From the NCBI GenBank assembly GCA_036677145.1, contig JAKFFF010000034.1:48202-112201 (forward strand): a DNA stretch of 64,000 nucleotides, given 5' to 3'. The notes under the pieces are model-generated. The model did no database searches. It saw only the letters and a list, made by a program, of their open reading frames with translations, and was not told the DNA's origin. Both the position numbers and the translations under genes were made by a program. Shown in pieces: positions 9,385 to 19,300 of the stretch. How positions within the stretch are numbered: the stretch's first letter is position 1; every line of letters begins with the position of its first letter. Source of the DNA: Alcaligenaceae bacterium (GTDB taxonomy: Bacteria > Pseudomonadota > Gammaproteobacteria > Steroidobacterales > Steroidobacteraceae).

Positions 9385-10085
9385 CGGGAGGATAGGGTGG
9401 GGTGGAGGCGCGCCGTCGCCCGTGCATGACCGAGCTCGCTTTTCGCCGGGTCATTCGGGGGTTGTTAGCGCGAGATTCGGGCCGCCGCTCTGAGAGGAAG
9501 AAATTTGAACCGTGGCCTGCGGCGACGGACTGCCTGCGTTGATGCGGCCGGGAGCCGGCTTCGCGGCTTGCGAAGTGGGTGCCCGGCCCGCTCACTCGGT
9601 CATGCACGTGCACCGTCGCGCCTCCGCCGCGCTCAGCGCCCGGCCCCCAAGACAAAGCCGCGGAGTGAAGAGAAGACGAGAGAAGAGAGGACGAGCGAGG
9701 AGGCGCGGAACTCAATGGGTGGAGTGGTCGACTTCCTCGTTCGAAGGGATCCGTCGTTCAGTTGCCGATGGTCTCGCGCTCTTCATTCCTTTCTCCGAGT
9801 ACGAGGATGCGGGGGCGAGCACGGGATCGAGCGAAGAGGGTGGTGTGAGCGGAGGGCGTACGTGCAGGGGTGGGTGAGCGGGCCGGGTACCTACTTCGCA
9901 AGCTTCGAAGCCGGCTCCCGGCCGCACTAACGCAGGCACGCCGTGCCTGCAGACCACGGTTCAAATTTCTTCCTCTAAGAGCGGCGGCCCGAATCTCGCG
10001 CTAACAACCACCCGAATGGCCCGGCGAAAAGCGAATCCCACCCCTGCGCGGACGACCTCCGCTCACACCACTCCCATCACCCATC
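9385..10085. repeat. Giant imperfect palindrome (two inverted copies of a roughly 350 bp repeat)
   Basis: Core arms 9436..9595 and 9874..10034 are reverse complements at roughly 88-90 percent identity by eye. Weaker symmetry continues outward and into the centre. The palindrome lies between the convergent PEP-CTERM and glrR-like genes. Segments resemble the 30299..31268 repeats. Confidence 0.85.
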
Positions 10086-10092
10086 CCAAGAC

Positions 10093-11460
10093 TCAACGCC
10101 CCTTGAAATCCTCGGGCGTCAGCTGATGACGGGAGAGAAGTTTGTAGAAGTCGGTGCGGTTGCGCTTCGCGAGGCGCGCGGCCTGGCTCACGTTGCCGCC
10201 GGTGATCTGCAGGATCTGCGATAGATAGGAGCGGGTGAACTCGTCGCGCGCTTCGTCGAAGGAGGGCAGCTTGCTCTGCGTCCCGCCCAGCGACTGCTGC
10301 ACCAGCTCCACCGGAATGATGGGCGTCTGCGACAGGGCCACGTTCTGCCGCACCACGTTGGCGAGCTGGCGGATGTTTCCCGGCCAGTCCGCCGTGGCCA
10401 ACAACTCCACGGCCTCGGGTGCGTAGATCTTGCGCACGCCGCTTTCATTGCTGATCTGCGCGAGGAAGTGCGAGACGAGCAACGGGATGTCTTCCCGGCG
10501 GCGATTCAGCGGCGGCATGTCGATGTGCACGACATTCAGGCGGTAATAGAGATCTTCGCGGAACTGCCCGCTCATCATGAGCTGCTGCAGGTCGCGGTGC
10601 GTCGACGAGATCACGCGTACGTTGACGGGAATCGCATCGGTGGCGCCGATCGGGCGGATGTTGTTCTCCTGCAGGACGCGCAGCAGCTTGACCTGCAGCC
10701 GCATCGGCATGTCGCCGATTTCATCGAGCAGCAATGTGCCGCCATCCGCGGCCTGGAAGAGGCCGGCGTGATCGCGCACCGCGCCGGTGAACGAACCCTT
10801 GATGTGTCCGAAGAGCTCCGACTCGAGCAGGTTCTCGGCCATCGCGCTGCAATTGATCGCGACGAACGGCTTGGTGCGGCGTGGGCTCGCGTTGTGTATG
10901 GCGCGCGCCAGCAACTCCTTGCCCGTGCCGCTTTCGCCGGTGATCAACACGCGCGCATCCGTGCCGGCGACCATGTGCGCCTGCGAGAGTTTTTCCTCGA
11001 CGAGCGAGGAGCGCGTGATGATCTCCGAGCGCCAGTCTTCGTCGTTGTCCGTGAACCCGGAGATGCGCAGCGCCTTCTGCACCTGGTCCAGCAATTCTTG
11101 TTTGTCGACCGGCTTCGTGAGGAAGCCGAACGCGCCGAGCTGCGTGGCATGCACCGCATCGGGAATCGTGCCGTGCGCGGTCAGGATGATCACCTTGAGT
11201 CCGGGATAACGCGACTGCAGTTCCTTGAGCAGTCCGATGCCGTCCATCTGGTCCATGCGCAGGTCGGTGATGACCAGCTCGGGCCGGAAGCGGCTGGTGG
11301 CCGCGAGCGCGAGCGCCGCGCTCTCCACCGCTTCGACCTCGTAGTTCTCCGCGCGCAGCCGGATGGTGAGCAGGCGCAACAGGCCCGGGTCATCGTCGAC
11401 CACGAGGATGCGGGCTTTGCGTTTCGGCGTGTGCGGAGTGGCGAGTTGCATGGCTAACAT
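10093..11460 (-). CDS. glrR: Sigma-54-dependent response regulator, GlrR/QseF-like
   Basis: 455 aa. Receiver domain: ILVVDDDPGLLRLL, DLRMDQMDG, TKPVD. AAA+ sigma-54 interaction domain: GESGTGKE, ESELFGH, GSFTGA. A C-terminal HTH follows. The protein is collinear with E. coli GlrR as I remember it. An alternative start is ATG 11451. Confidence 0.9.
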   Translation of the reverse strand: MLAMQLATPHTPKRKARILVVDDDPGLLRLLTIRLRAENYEVEAVESAALALAATSRFRPELVITDLRMDQMDGIGLLKELQSRYPGLKVIILTAHGTIPDAVHATQLGAFGFLTKPVDKQELLDQVQKALRISGFTDNDEDWRSEIITRSSLVEEKLSQAHMVAGTDARVLITGESGTGKELLARAIHNASPRRTKPFVAINCSAMAENLLESELFGHIKGSFTGAVRDHAGLFQAADGGTLLLDEIGDMPMRLQVKLLRVLQENNIRPIGATDAIPVNVRVISSTHRDLQQLMMSGQFREDLYYRLNVVHIDMPPLNRRREDIPLLVSHFLAQISNESGVRKIYAPEAVELLATADWPGNIRQLANVVRQNVALSQTPIIPVELVQQSLGGTQSKLPSFDEARDEFTRSYLSQILQITGGNVSQAARLAKRNRTDFYKLLSRHQLTPEDFKGR

Positions 11461-11469
11461 CAGAAACCT

Positions 11470-12093
11470 CTACGGTTTCCGTCCCTCGGGCGTGGTGGGC
11501 CGCCGATCATTCGACGAGCCTTCAATGTTCGCGATCGCATCCAGCTTGGCCTGCGCGTCGGCGAGTGCCTTCTTGAGACGGGCATTTTCCTCGCTCTCGG
11601 TGGTCAGGCGTCGCGTTAGTTGCGCGATTCGTTCGTTCGCGGTTCTTTCGGCGCCTGTCTGCAGGCGCCGCACATCCGCTTGTAAGGATTGCTGACGCTC
11701 GACCTGCTGCAGCTGCAGGAACGCGAGAGCGCGTTCCGCAGGAAGCAGAGTCTCGGGGCTCGCGAGTACTTCGCGCAAAAGTCGCTGTGCACCGACAGGG
11801 TCATAACCCGCGTGGCCGGGTGTCGAAAGCACCATCGCATACCGCAAAACGATGCTAGGAGTCGGCGCCGCGGCGTAATCGTTGCTGGTTCTAGTAAGGA
11901 TTTCCGCCTGTTCGGCGGGTGTGCCGCGCGCCAGGCGCACGGAGGTGTCGAGATAGGAGGTGATGACCGTCGTTTCGGTGGAGCTGCGATCCACCGTCGG
12001 CAGGGATTGGGTGTCGCGTGTTTTCAGCGTGCCGCCGCAGCCGGCCATTCCCAGCGCGGTCAGTCCCACCCAGATGAGGACGTTATGCCGCAT
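11470..12093 (-). CDS. Lipoprotein with C-terminal coiled coil, QseG/YfhG-like by position and architecture
   Basis: 207 aa with lipobox LGMAGC. Coiled coil: QQVERQQSLQADVRRLQ...ENARLKKALADAQAKLDAIANIE. The gene sits between the kinase and regulator genes, as qseG does in E. coli. Confidence 0.75.
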   Translation of the reverse strand: MRHNVLIWVGLTALGMAGCGGTLKTRDTQSLPTVDRSSTETTVITSYLDTSVRLARGTPAEQAEILTRTSNDYAAAPTPSIVLRYAMVLSTPGHAGYDPVGAQRLLREVLASPETLLPAERALAFLQLQQVERQQSLQADVRRLQTGAERTANERIAQLTRRLTTESEENARLKKALADAQAKLDAIANIEGSSNDRRPTTPEGRKP

Positions 12094-13549
12094 GCGCCTG
12101 GTTCCCGACTGGCTTCGTCACCGACAACACCGGCATGCGGATGCGGAAATGCGCGCCGGCGTATTCGCCGTCCATGATCTCGATGGTGCCTCCATGCGCG
12201 TTGACGAACTCGAGCACGACCGACAGGCCGATGCCCGTGCCCTTGACCTGTACCCCGGCGGGCGGGCGGCCGGTATAAAAAGCTTCGAATACGCGGGCGC
12301 GTTCTTCCGGCGGAATGCCGGCACCCGAGTCGGCGACGTCGATCACGAGCTGGGTGTCCTGTTTGGCGGCATGTAGATAGACAGTGCCGCCTTTGGGCGA
12401 GTATTTGATGGCATTGGACAGCAGATTCTCGATGATCAGGCGCACCTTGCCGCGATCGGCCCGCAGCATCAAGTCATCCACCTTAACCTCGAGCCGAACG
12501 CGTTGCGAGACTACCGTGAGTTGCTGGCTCTCGATGACCTGTTTGACCAGCGGCCGCAGCCGGAAATCGGAAAGATCCAGTCCGACGCTTTCCTTCTGCC
12601 ACGCGCTGAACGACAGCAGGTTTTCGATGAGCCGATGCAGTTTGATGCCGTTATCGCGCAGGATGGCGACCACTTCGCGTTGGGAATTGTCCAGGGGTCC
12701 GACCGCACCATCCATGAGCAGTTCCGCGCCCTCGCGGATGTTGGCCAGCGGCGTTTTCAATTCGTGCGACATGTGCCGCAGGAAGCGATTGCGCTCCTGG
12801 GCGAGATCGAGCAGGCGCTGACGCAGCCACTCGAGCTGCGCACCGAGCCGCTCGAGATCGCGCGGGCCGGATACTTCGATCGGGTGTGAAAAAGTGCCGC
12901 GGCCGAGTTCGCTGATGGCGCGGTCGATGGCCCGCAACGGACGCCCGACGGACAACGTGAGCGCCAGTATCGCGACCAGCGTCAACGGCACGAGCAGGGC
13001 CGATTGCCAGAACAGGCGCCGCTGGGTGCCGGCCGTCTGTTGCTGCAGGCCGGCGAGCCGCGCGTCGATCTGCCGATTGCCCGACTGCGCGATGGCGTTC
13101 GCCAGATCGTTGAGCCGGTCGATGCGCGCGAGGATCGCGGGAAATCCGGCGCTGCCCGGCGGCGTCGCGCTCACGGCGTTGGCGATCTCGTTATGCATGG
13201 CGGCGAATTCTTCGAGACTGTGGCGCGTCGGCTCCTCGGTGAGCAGCGCCGCGAGCTGGGTGCGCGAGGCGGCGAGCCGCTGGTCGGTGGTGCGGTAGGC
13301 GTCGAGGAGTTTGACGTCGCCGAGCACCTGGTAGAGCCGCACGGTGCGTTGCAGTGAGGTGATGTCGGCGAACAGGCTCTGCGAGAGGCGCGCGCTCTGC
13401 ACGCCCTCGAGCACGAGTTCCTGGCTGGTCACGCTCAGCTTGCGGATCTGGAGCGCCGCGTCGATGACGGCCACGAGCAACGGGCCCGCGATCAGCGCGA
13501 GTCCCAGCAGCATCAGGCCGCTCAGCGATTTGGGTCTCGGCCAGCGCAT
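12083..13549 (-). CDS. glrK: Sensor histidine kinase, GlrK/QseE-like
   Basis: 488 aa. Two TM segments flank a periplasmic region, followed by HAMP, HisKA (FLRHMSHELKTPLANI) and HATPase (DSGAGIP, GTGIGLS). It overlaps the lipoprotein gene by 11 nt. Confidence 0.88.
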   Translation of the reverse strand: MRWPRPKSLSGLMLLGLALIAGPLLVAVIDAALQIRKLSVTSQELVLEGVQSARLSQSLFADITSLQRTVRLYQVLGDVKLLDAYRTTDQRLAASRTQLAALLTEEPTRHSLEEFAAMHNEIANAVSATPPGSAGFPAILARIDRLNDLANAIAQSGNRQIDARLAGLQQQTAGTQRRLFWQSALLVPLTLVAILALTLSVGRPLRAIDRAISELGRGTFSHPIEVSGPRDLERLGAQLEWLRQRLLDLAQERNRFLRHMSHELKTPLANIREGAELLMDGAVGPLDNSQREVVAILRDNGIKLHRLIENLLSFSAWQKESVGLDLSDFRLRPLVKQVIESQQLTVVSQRVRLEVKVDDLMLRADRGKVRLIIENLLSNAIKYSPKGGTVYLHAAKQDTQLVIDVADSGAGIPPEERARVFEAFYTGRPPAGVQVKGTGIGLSVVLEFVNAHGGTIEIMDGEYAGAHFRIRMPVLSVTKPVGNQAHAA

Positions 13550-13568
13550 CGATCCAGTCAGCTCCTAT

Positions 13569-14576
13569 CTACCAGGGTTCTCGTTGCAGACGCTTTTCCC
13601 ATTCCAGCGAGGTTCGCACGATGGTGTCGATGTCGTCGAGCCGCGGGGCCCAGCCGAGTGTCTGGCGCACCCGGTCGCACTTGGCCACGAGCGTGGGCGG
13701 ATCGCCCGCGCGCCGGGGTTCCTCGCGGATGTCGAGCTTCAGGCCGGCGATCTTTTCGACGCTCTTCAATACCTCGCGCACGCTGTAGCCATGTCCATAG
13801 CCGCAATTGGCGAGCAGCGACGCGCCGCCCGCGCGCAGGTAATCGAGCGCATTCAGGTGCGCGGACGCGAGGTCCTCGACGTGGATGTAATCGCGCACGC
13901 CCGTGCCGTCGGGCGTCGGGTAATCGGTGCCGTACACCGATAGATAGGGCCGCTTGCCGACGGCGGCTTCGCAGGCGACCTTGACGAGCAGCGTCGCCTT
14001 CGCGGTCGATTGGCCGATGCGGCCCTGCGTGTCCGAGCCCGCGACATTGAAGTAACGCAAGATGACGTGGCGCATCGGCGTGACCGCGCACAGGTCGCGC
14101 AGCATCCACTCGGACATGAGCTTCGAGGTGCCGTAGGCGTTGATGGGTGCGGTCGCGGATTCTTCCGAAGCGAGGCCCGACGCCGGTATGCCGTAAACCG
14201 CGGCGGTCGAGGAGAACACGAAGTTCCGCACGCCGGCGTCCGATGCCGCGGCGAGCAGCGAGCGCGTCGAACAGGTGTTGTTGCCGTAATACTTGAGCGG
14301 GTTGCTGACCGACTCCGGCACGATGGTGTGCGCGGCAAAATGGATGATGGTGTCGACCGCGTGTTCGGCCAGCACCGAATCGACCAGCGCACGATCGCCG
14401 ACGTTGCCGACGACCAGCGGAACATCGCGCACGGCCTGGCGGAATCCGGTGGATAGATCGTCGAGCACCACGACCCGTTCACCACGGGCGACGAGCTGCA
14501 GAACCGTGTGGCTGCCGATGTAGCCGGCGCCGCCGGTGACGAGAACCGAGTTTCTGTTCGTTGATTTCTGGGTCAT
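13569..14576 (-). CDS. galE: UDP-glucose 4-epimerase
   Basis: 335 aa. Motifs VLVTGGAGYIGSH and YGTSKLMSE (YxxxK). Collinear with GalE epimerases. Confidence 0.92.
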   Translation of the reverse strand: MTQKSTNRNSVLVTGGAGYIGSHTVLQLVARGERVVVLDDLSTGFRQAVRDVPLVVGNVGDRALVDSVLAEHAVDTIIHFAAHTIVPESVSNPLKYYGNNTCSTRSLLAAASDAGVRNFVFSSTAAVYGIPASGLASEESATAPINAYGTSKLMSEWMLRDLCAVTPMRHVILRYFNVAGSDTQGRIGQSTAKATLLVKVACEAAVGKRPYLSVYGTDYPTPDGTGVRDYIHVEDLASAHLNALDYLRAGGASLLANCGYGHGYSVREVLKSVEKIAGLKLDIREEPRRAGDPPTLVAKCDRVRQTLGWAPRLDDIDTIVRTSLEWEKRLQREPW

Positions 14577-14631
14577 TCGCGACTTTTCACTTAGGGTTTT
14601 GGGCGGCAGGATTTTACATTAATGTGTCGGT

Positions 14632-15627
14632 GTGGCTGTGACGCAATCTGCACTCGCTCCGTTCGCGAACCTGACGCCTTTCGAGGTGGCCGCCGCGGCC
14701 GAAAGTATCGGGCTCGAACCGTCAGGGCGGCTCTTTGCCCTCAACAGCTACGAAAACCGCGTCTATCAAGTCGGCGACGAGGACGGCAAGCTCTGGGTAC
14801 TCAAGTTCTATCGGCCGGCCCGCTGGTCCGACGCCGCCATCCTCGAGGAGCACGAATTCTCGTTCGAGCTGGCGGATGCCGAGTTGCCCGTCGCGGCGCC
14901 GCTGCGCATCGGTGGCGAGAGTTTGTTTGCGCACGCGGACCAGCGTTTCGCGGCATTTCCGTACATGGCGGGTCGCGCACCCGAAATCGCCGATAACGCC
15001 ACCCTCACTTTGCTAGGTCGCACGCTCTCGCGCATCCACGCGATCGGCAGCCGCGGGCGCTTCGTGCATCGTCCCGTGCTCGAACTCGGGCGCCTCGGCG
15101 TGCGCGCGCGCGCCGCCGTGCTCGCGAGCGGTTTCGTGCCCGCGGCCATCGAAGATCAGTACGCACGCGTGAGCGAGCAGGTGATCGGACGGGTCCGACA
15201 GTGTTTCGAGAATTTCGGGGCGATGCCGCGCGTGCGGATTCACGGCGATTGCCACTCCGGCAACATCCTGTGGCGTGAAACCGGTCCCCTGTTCGTGGAC
15301 CTGGACGATTGCATGTCCGGTCCGCGCATCCAGGATCTGTGGATGTTCCTCGCCGGGGATGCCGCGAGCCAGCAGGCTTCCTGGGCCGCGGTCATGGAGG
15401 GATACGAAACTTTCGGCGAATTCGACTATGCGGAACTCACGCTGGTCGAAGCCTTGCGATCCCTGCGCATCGTGCATTACGCATCCTGGATCGCCACGCG
15501 CTGGCACGATCCGGCGTTTCCGCGCGCATTCCCGTGGTTCGCCGACGCCCGCTTCTGGGAAAGGCATATCGCCGATCTGTTCGAACAGCTGGCGGCAATG
15601 GACGATCCTCCCATCCTTTCAAGGTGA
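14632..15627 (+). CDS. srkA: Stress-response serine/threonine kinase SrkA (YihE/RdoA)
   Basis: 331 aa, GTG start. LNSYENRVYQV, KFYRPARW, HGDCHSGNILW and FVDLDD match E. coli SrkA along the whole length. Confidence 0.9.
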   Translation: MAVTQSALAPFANLTPFEVAAAAESIGLEPSGRLFALNSYENRVYQVGDEDGKLWVLKFYRPARWSDAAILEEHEFSFELADAELPVAAPLRIGGESLFAHADQRFAAFPYMAGRAPEIADNATLTLLGRTLSRIHAIGSRGRFVHRPVLELGRLGVRARAAVLASGFVPAAIEDQYARVSEQVIGRVRQCFENFGAMPRVRIHGDCHSGNILWRETGPLFVDLDDCMSGPRIQDLWMFLAGDAASQQASWAAVMEGYETFGEFDYAELTLVEALRSLRIVHYASWIATRWHDPAFPRAFPWFADARFWERHIADLFEQLAAMDDPPILSR

Positions 15628-15704
15628 ACCGGCTCGCACATACGGCGCGTGATCGGCGCGGCGAATAGTTGGCCTGTTAGTATGAGTCAACGGAGGTTTT
15701 CTCG

Positions 15705-16277
15705 ATGCCCACCCGCCGGAGTCGCATATCCCTGATGGCCGTGGTCGCCACCGTGGGCCTGTTTGCCGCGTGCGAAGACTCCTCGAAGGCGCCGGCGGCG
15801 GCCGCGCCGACCGCCGCGAAGCCGAAGGTGAAAACCGAGGCGCTGCCTCCCGACATGGTCGCGGCCGTGTCCGCCAGCCGCTCCTCGAGCGCCATCGGCA
15901 TGCATTTCGCGCTCGGATCGAAACCCGAGGTGAACAAGCCTTTACCGGTCGAGATCGCCATCGTGCCTCACCAGGATTTCACGACAGTCCGCGCGCACTT
16001 CGAGAACCAGGAGGGCCTGGCGGTAACGGTCGGTGAAGACTACGGCCCCATGAAGGGACCGGCGCTGGAAAAGGCCCTTAGGCACCAGCTTGTGCTGCTG
16101 CCACGGCGCGAAGGCGTGTTCGTGATCACCGCGAGCATCGAGACCACCGATCCTGCCGGCAACGTGACGCGCGTTTTCTCCATTCCTGTAGTCGTTTCGC
16201 CGACAGCGAGTGCGGATGGTTCGGGGGAGGCCACTACGGCTCAACCACAATCGCCGAGCACCCCCGCGGCGAATTAA
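15705..16277 (+). CDS. Hypothetical lipoprotein
   Basis: 190 aa with lipobox LFAAC and a Pro/Ala-rich linker. High GC3. No family recognised. Confidence 0.7.
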   Translation: MPTRRSRISLMAVVATVGLFAACEDSSKAPAAAAPTAAKPKVKTEALPPDMVAAVSASRSSSAIGMHFALGSKPEVNKPLPVEIAIVPHQDFTTVRAHFENQEGLAVTVGEDYGPMKGPALEKALRHQLVLLPRREGVFVITASIETTDPAGNVTRVFSIPVVVSPTASADGSGEATTAQPQSPSTPAAN

Positions 16278-16360
16278 TCTCCTCGTAAAACCGGGAGCCG
16301 CTTCACGGGGGCAACTCGTACCCGGACATATCATGCAATTTGGTCCGCAGTTGCTCTGTT

Positions 16361-19300
16361 ATGTCAAAACCGGCTGAAGGCAACCCGCAAGAAAGCACCG
16401 AGCCTGCCGCAGGTTCCGCCGGAGGCCCGACATTTACGGCGACCGGCACACGTCTCGACGTCTCCGATTTCTCGATGCCCCGCCTGCACCCGCTGCTGCA
16501 GACGCAGTTGCGCGAGCTGCGCGCGCGCGTCACCGGCGGCCGCATCAGCGCCCACGAGATGCTGGAGATGCTGAGCCGCTACTACGACAGCGTCGACGAC
16601 GAGCGGCGCGCGATGGTGCGTTCGATGCAGCTCATGTCGGACGAGGCGCGTTCGCTCGGCGTCGAGATCGCCGAGCAGGGCGCCGCCCAGCTGCAGGTCA
16701 TCCTCGATCACATCAAGGACGTCGTCATCACGGCCAACGTGGCCGGCGTGATCGATCGCGCGAATCCGATGACGGAACGCGTGTTCGGCTATCCACCCGC
16801 CGAGTTGTTAGGCCTGCGCATCGACGTGCTGGTGCCGTTCATCGCGGTCGACGGCTCGGTGACCGTGGGACTCGACAAACTTGCGGGCAATAGCGACACC
16901 TTCCGGGGCCAGCGCGTCAGCCCGGAAGTTTCCGCGCGCCGCAGCGATGGCACGTTGTTCCCGGCGGAGATTGCGGTGAGCCGCGCGCGCCACGGCCGCT
17001 CCGAAGTTTTCGTGATTTGCCTGCGCGACATCTCCGAGCGGCACATGACCCAGCAGGCCTTGCGTGACAGCGAGGCGCGGTACCGCTCGCTGGTGGACAA
17101 CGCGCCCGAAGCCATCACCGTCATCGACACCGACACCCGGCGCTTCGTCGAGGCGAACGAGCCCGCGTTGCGGCTGTTCAAGATGACGCGCGATCAGCTG
17201 CTGGCGTGCAACGTGTGCGGAGTCAGCGCCGAACTCCAGATCGACGGCGAGCCCACGAACGCGCCCCATCGCCAGCACCTGAAGCTTGCGGCCGCGGGTG
17301 AATCCCAGGTGTTCGAGTGGATCCATCGTGACGCAACCGGCCGCGACATCCCGTGCGAAGTGCGGCTCGTGCGCCTGCAGGGCGGCAGTTCTTCGCAGGT
17401 GCGCGCCAGCATCACCGACATCTCGGAGCGCAAGCGCGCCGAGAGCATCATGGAAAACGAACGCGCGTTCTTCGCCCTGCTCGCGTCGAATGCCGGCCTG
17501 CCGGCGGTGCTCGACGTGATCTCGGGCCTGGTGCAGGCGGTTTATCCGCGCTGCCGCTGCACGATCTCCGTGCTGGCGCCCGACGCCAGCTGTTTCTCAC
17601 TGACCATCGCGCGGCAACTGCCGCCATTACTCGCCGCCGTGCTGGAGCGCACGCCGATCGAGCCGCGCCGCGGTTCGTGCGCGGCCGCGGTCTATTCGGC
17701 CTGCGACGTGTACGTGGCCGACGTCAAGAACGATGCACACTGGGCCGACCGGCGCCAGGTGGTGCTCGACTCGGGTTTCCGCGCGGTCTGGTCCATGCCG
17801 ATCAAAGGCTCGAGCGGCAAGTTGCTCGGCGCCGTGGCTATCTACCGGCCGGAGCCGGGCCTGCCCGATGCGCGCGAACAGGTGCTGCAGGCGCATGCGA
17901 CGCGCCTCGCCGCGCTCGCGATCGAACGCAACCTGGCCGAGGAGGCGCTGCGCGCGAGCGAAGCGAAATTCCGCGGGCTGTTCGAAGGCGTCATCGAGGG
18001 CGTGTACCAGAGCACGCGCGATGGTCGTCTCGTGTCGGTCAACAGCGCTTTCGTCGAGATGCTCGGATACGGATCGGCCGAGGAAATGTACGCGCTGCCG
18101 AGTTCGGTGATGTTGTACTGGAGTCCCACCGACCGCGCCGACTTCGTGCGCAAGGTCGATGCCGATGGCGAAGTGCGCTCGATGGAAGTGGTGCTGCGGC
18201 GGCGCGATGGTTCGCAGGTCGTGGCGCTGGAGAATTCCCGCGGCGTGCGCGACGGTTCGGGCCGCATCGTCGGCTACGAAGGCACGGTTTCGGACATCAC
18301 CGAACGCAAACGCGCCGAGCAGGCCATCCTCGCCGAGAAAGATCGCGCCGCGGTCACGCTGCAGTCCATCGGCGACGCGGTGATCACGACCAACGCGGCG
18401 GGGAACATCGACTATCTGAATCCCGTGGCCGAACGGCTCACGGGCTGGTCCACCGATGAGGCACGTGGCCGGCCGATCGGCGATGTGTTGCAGCTCATCG
18501 ACGAATCCACGCGCAAGCCGGTGGCCTACGCGCTCGATCGGGTGCTCACCGACGGCGAGACCTCGGTGCCTTCCGACCACAATGTGCTCGTGAACCGGCG
18601 CGGCGAGGAACTCGCGATCCAGGAAACCGCGACGCCGATCCGCAGTCGCGAAGGGGCGGCGATCGGCGCGGTCATCGTGTTCGGCGACGTGACCAAGGAA
18701 CGGCGCCTCAAGCGGGCGCTGTCCTACCAGGCGAGCCACGATGCGCTCACCGGACTCATCAACCGGCGCGAGTTCGATTCGCGCCTCGAGGCGGCGGTCA
18801 CGGCCGCGCAGCGCGGCGAAGGCGAATACGTGCTGCTGTATGTCGACCTCGACCAGTTCAAGGTGGTCAACGACACCTGCGGTCACAGCGCCGGTGACCG
18901 GCTGTTGCGCGACATCACCAGCCTGCTGCAGACGCGGGTGCGCGCGTCGGACACCATCGCCCGCCTGGGCGGCGACGAATTCGGACTGTTGCTCGAACGT
19001 TGTTCGCTCGAGCAGGCGGAGCGCGTCGCCGACAGCATCCGGCAGTCCATTCACAGCTACCGCTTCCTGTGGGGCGCCAATAGTTTGTCGGTCGGCGCGA
19101 GCATCGGCGTGGTGCGCATCATGCGCGACACGACCAGCGCCGCTTCGGTGCTGTCCGCGGCCGACATCGCCTGCTACGCCGCGAAGGACGGCGGGCGAAA
19201 TCGCGTGCAGATCTACGAACGCGACCACGGCACCAGCCGCCATCGCGAGATGCAGTGGGTAGGCCGGATCGCCCGCGCGGTCGAGGACGGCCGGCTCGAG

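Noticed and set aside
9332-9964. Five overlapping 68-141 aa ORFs inside the giant palindrome, including mirror-image MNRGL... peptides on both strands
   Set aside because: The mirror-image products are a by-product of the inverted repeat. They are Arg/Pro/Ala-rich with no ribosome-binding sites.
9385-10085. Possibility that the repeat regions (this one and 30299..31268) are CRISPR arrays
   Set aside because: The repeats are long, inverted and imperfect. There is no series of short direct repeats with unique spacers, and no cas genes are present.
16343-16358. TGGTCCgcagTTGCT, a sigma-54-like string before the PAS-GGDEF-EAL gene
   Set aside because: The GG-to-GC spacing is 9 nt rather than 10, and the -24 element is poor.
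17627-19243. 538-aa minus-strand ORF inside the PAS-GGDEF-EAL gene
   Set aside because: It is an antisense shadow of a gene with clear GGDEF/EAL motifs.
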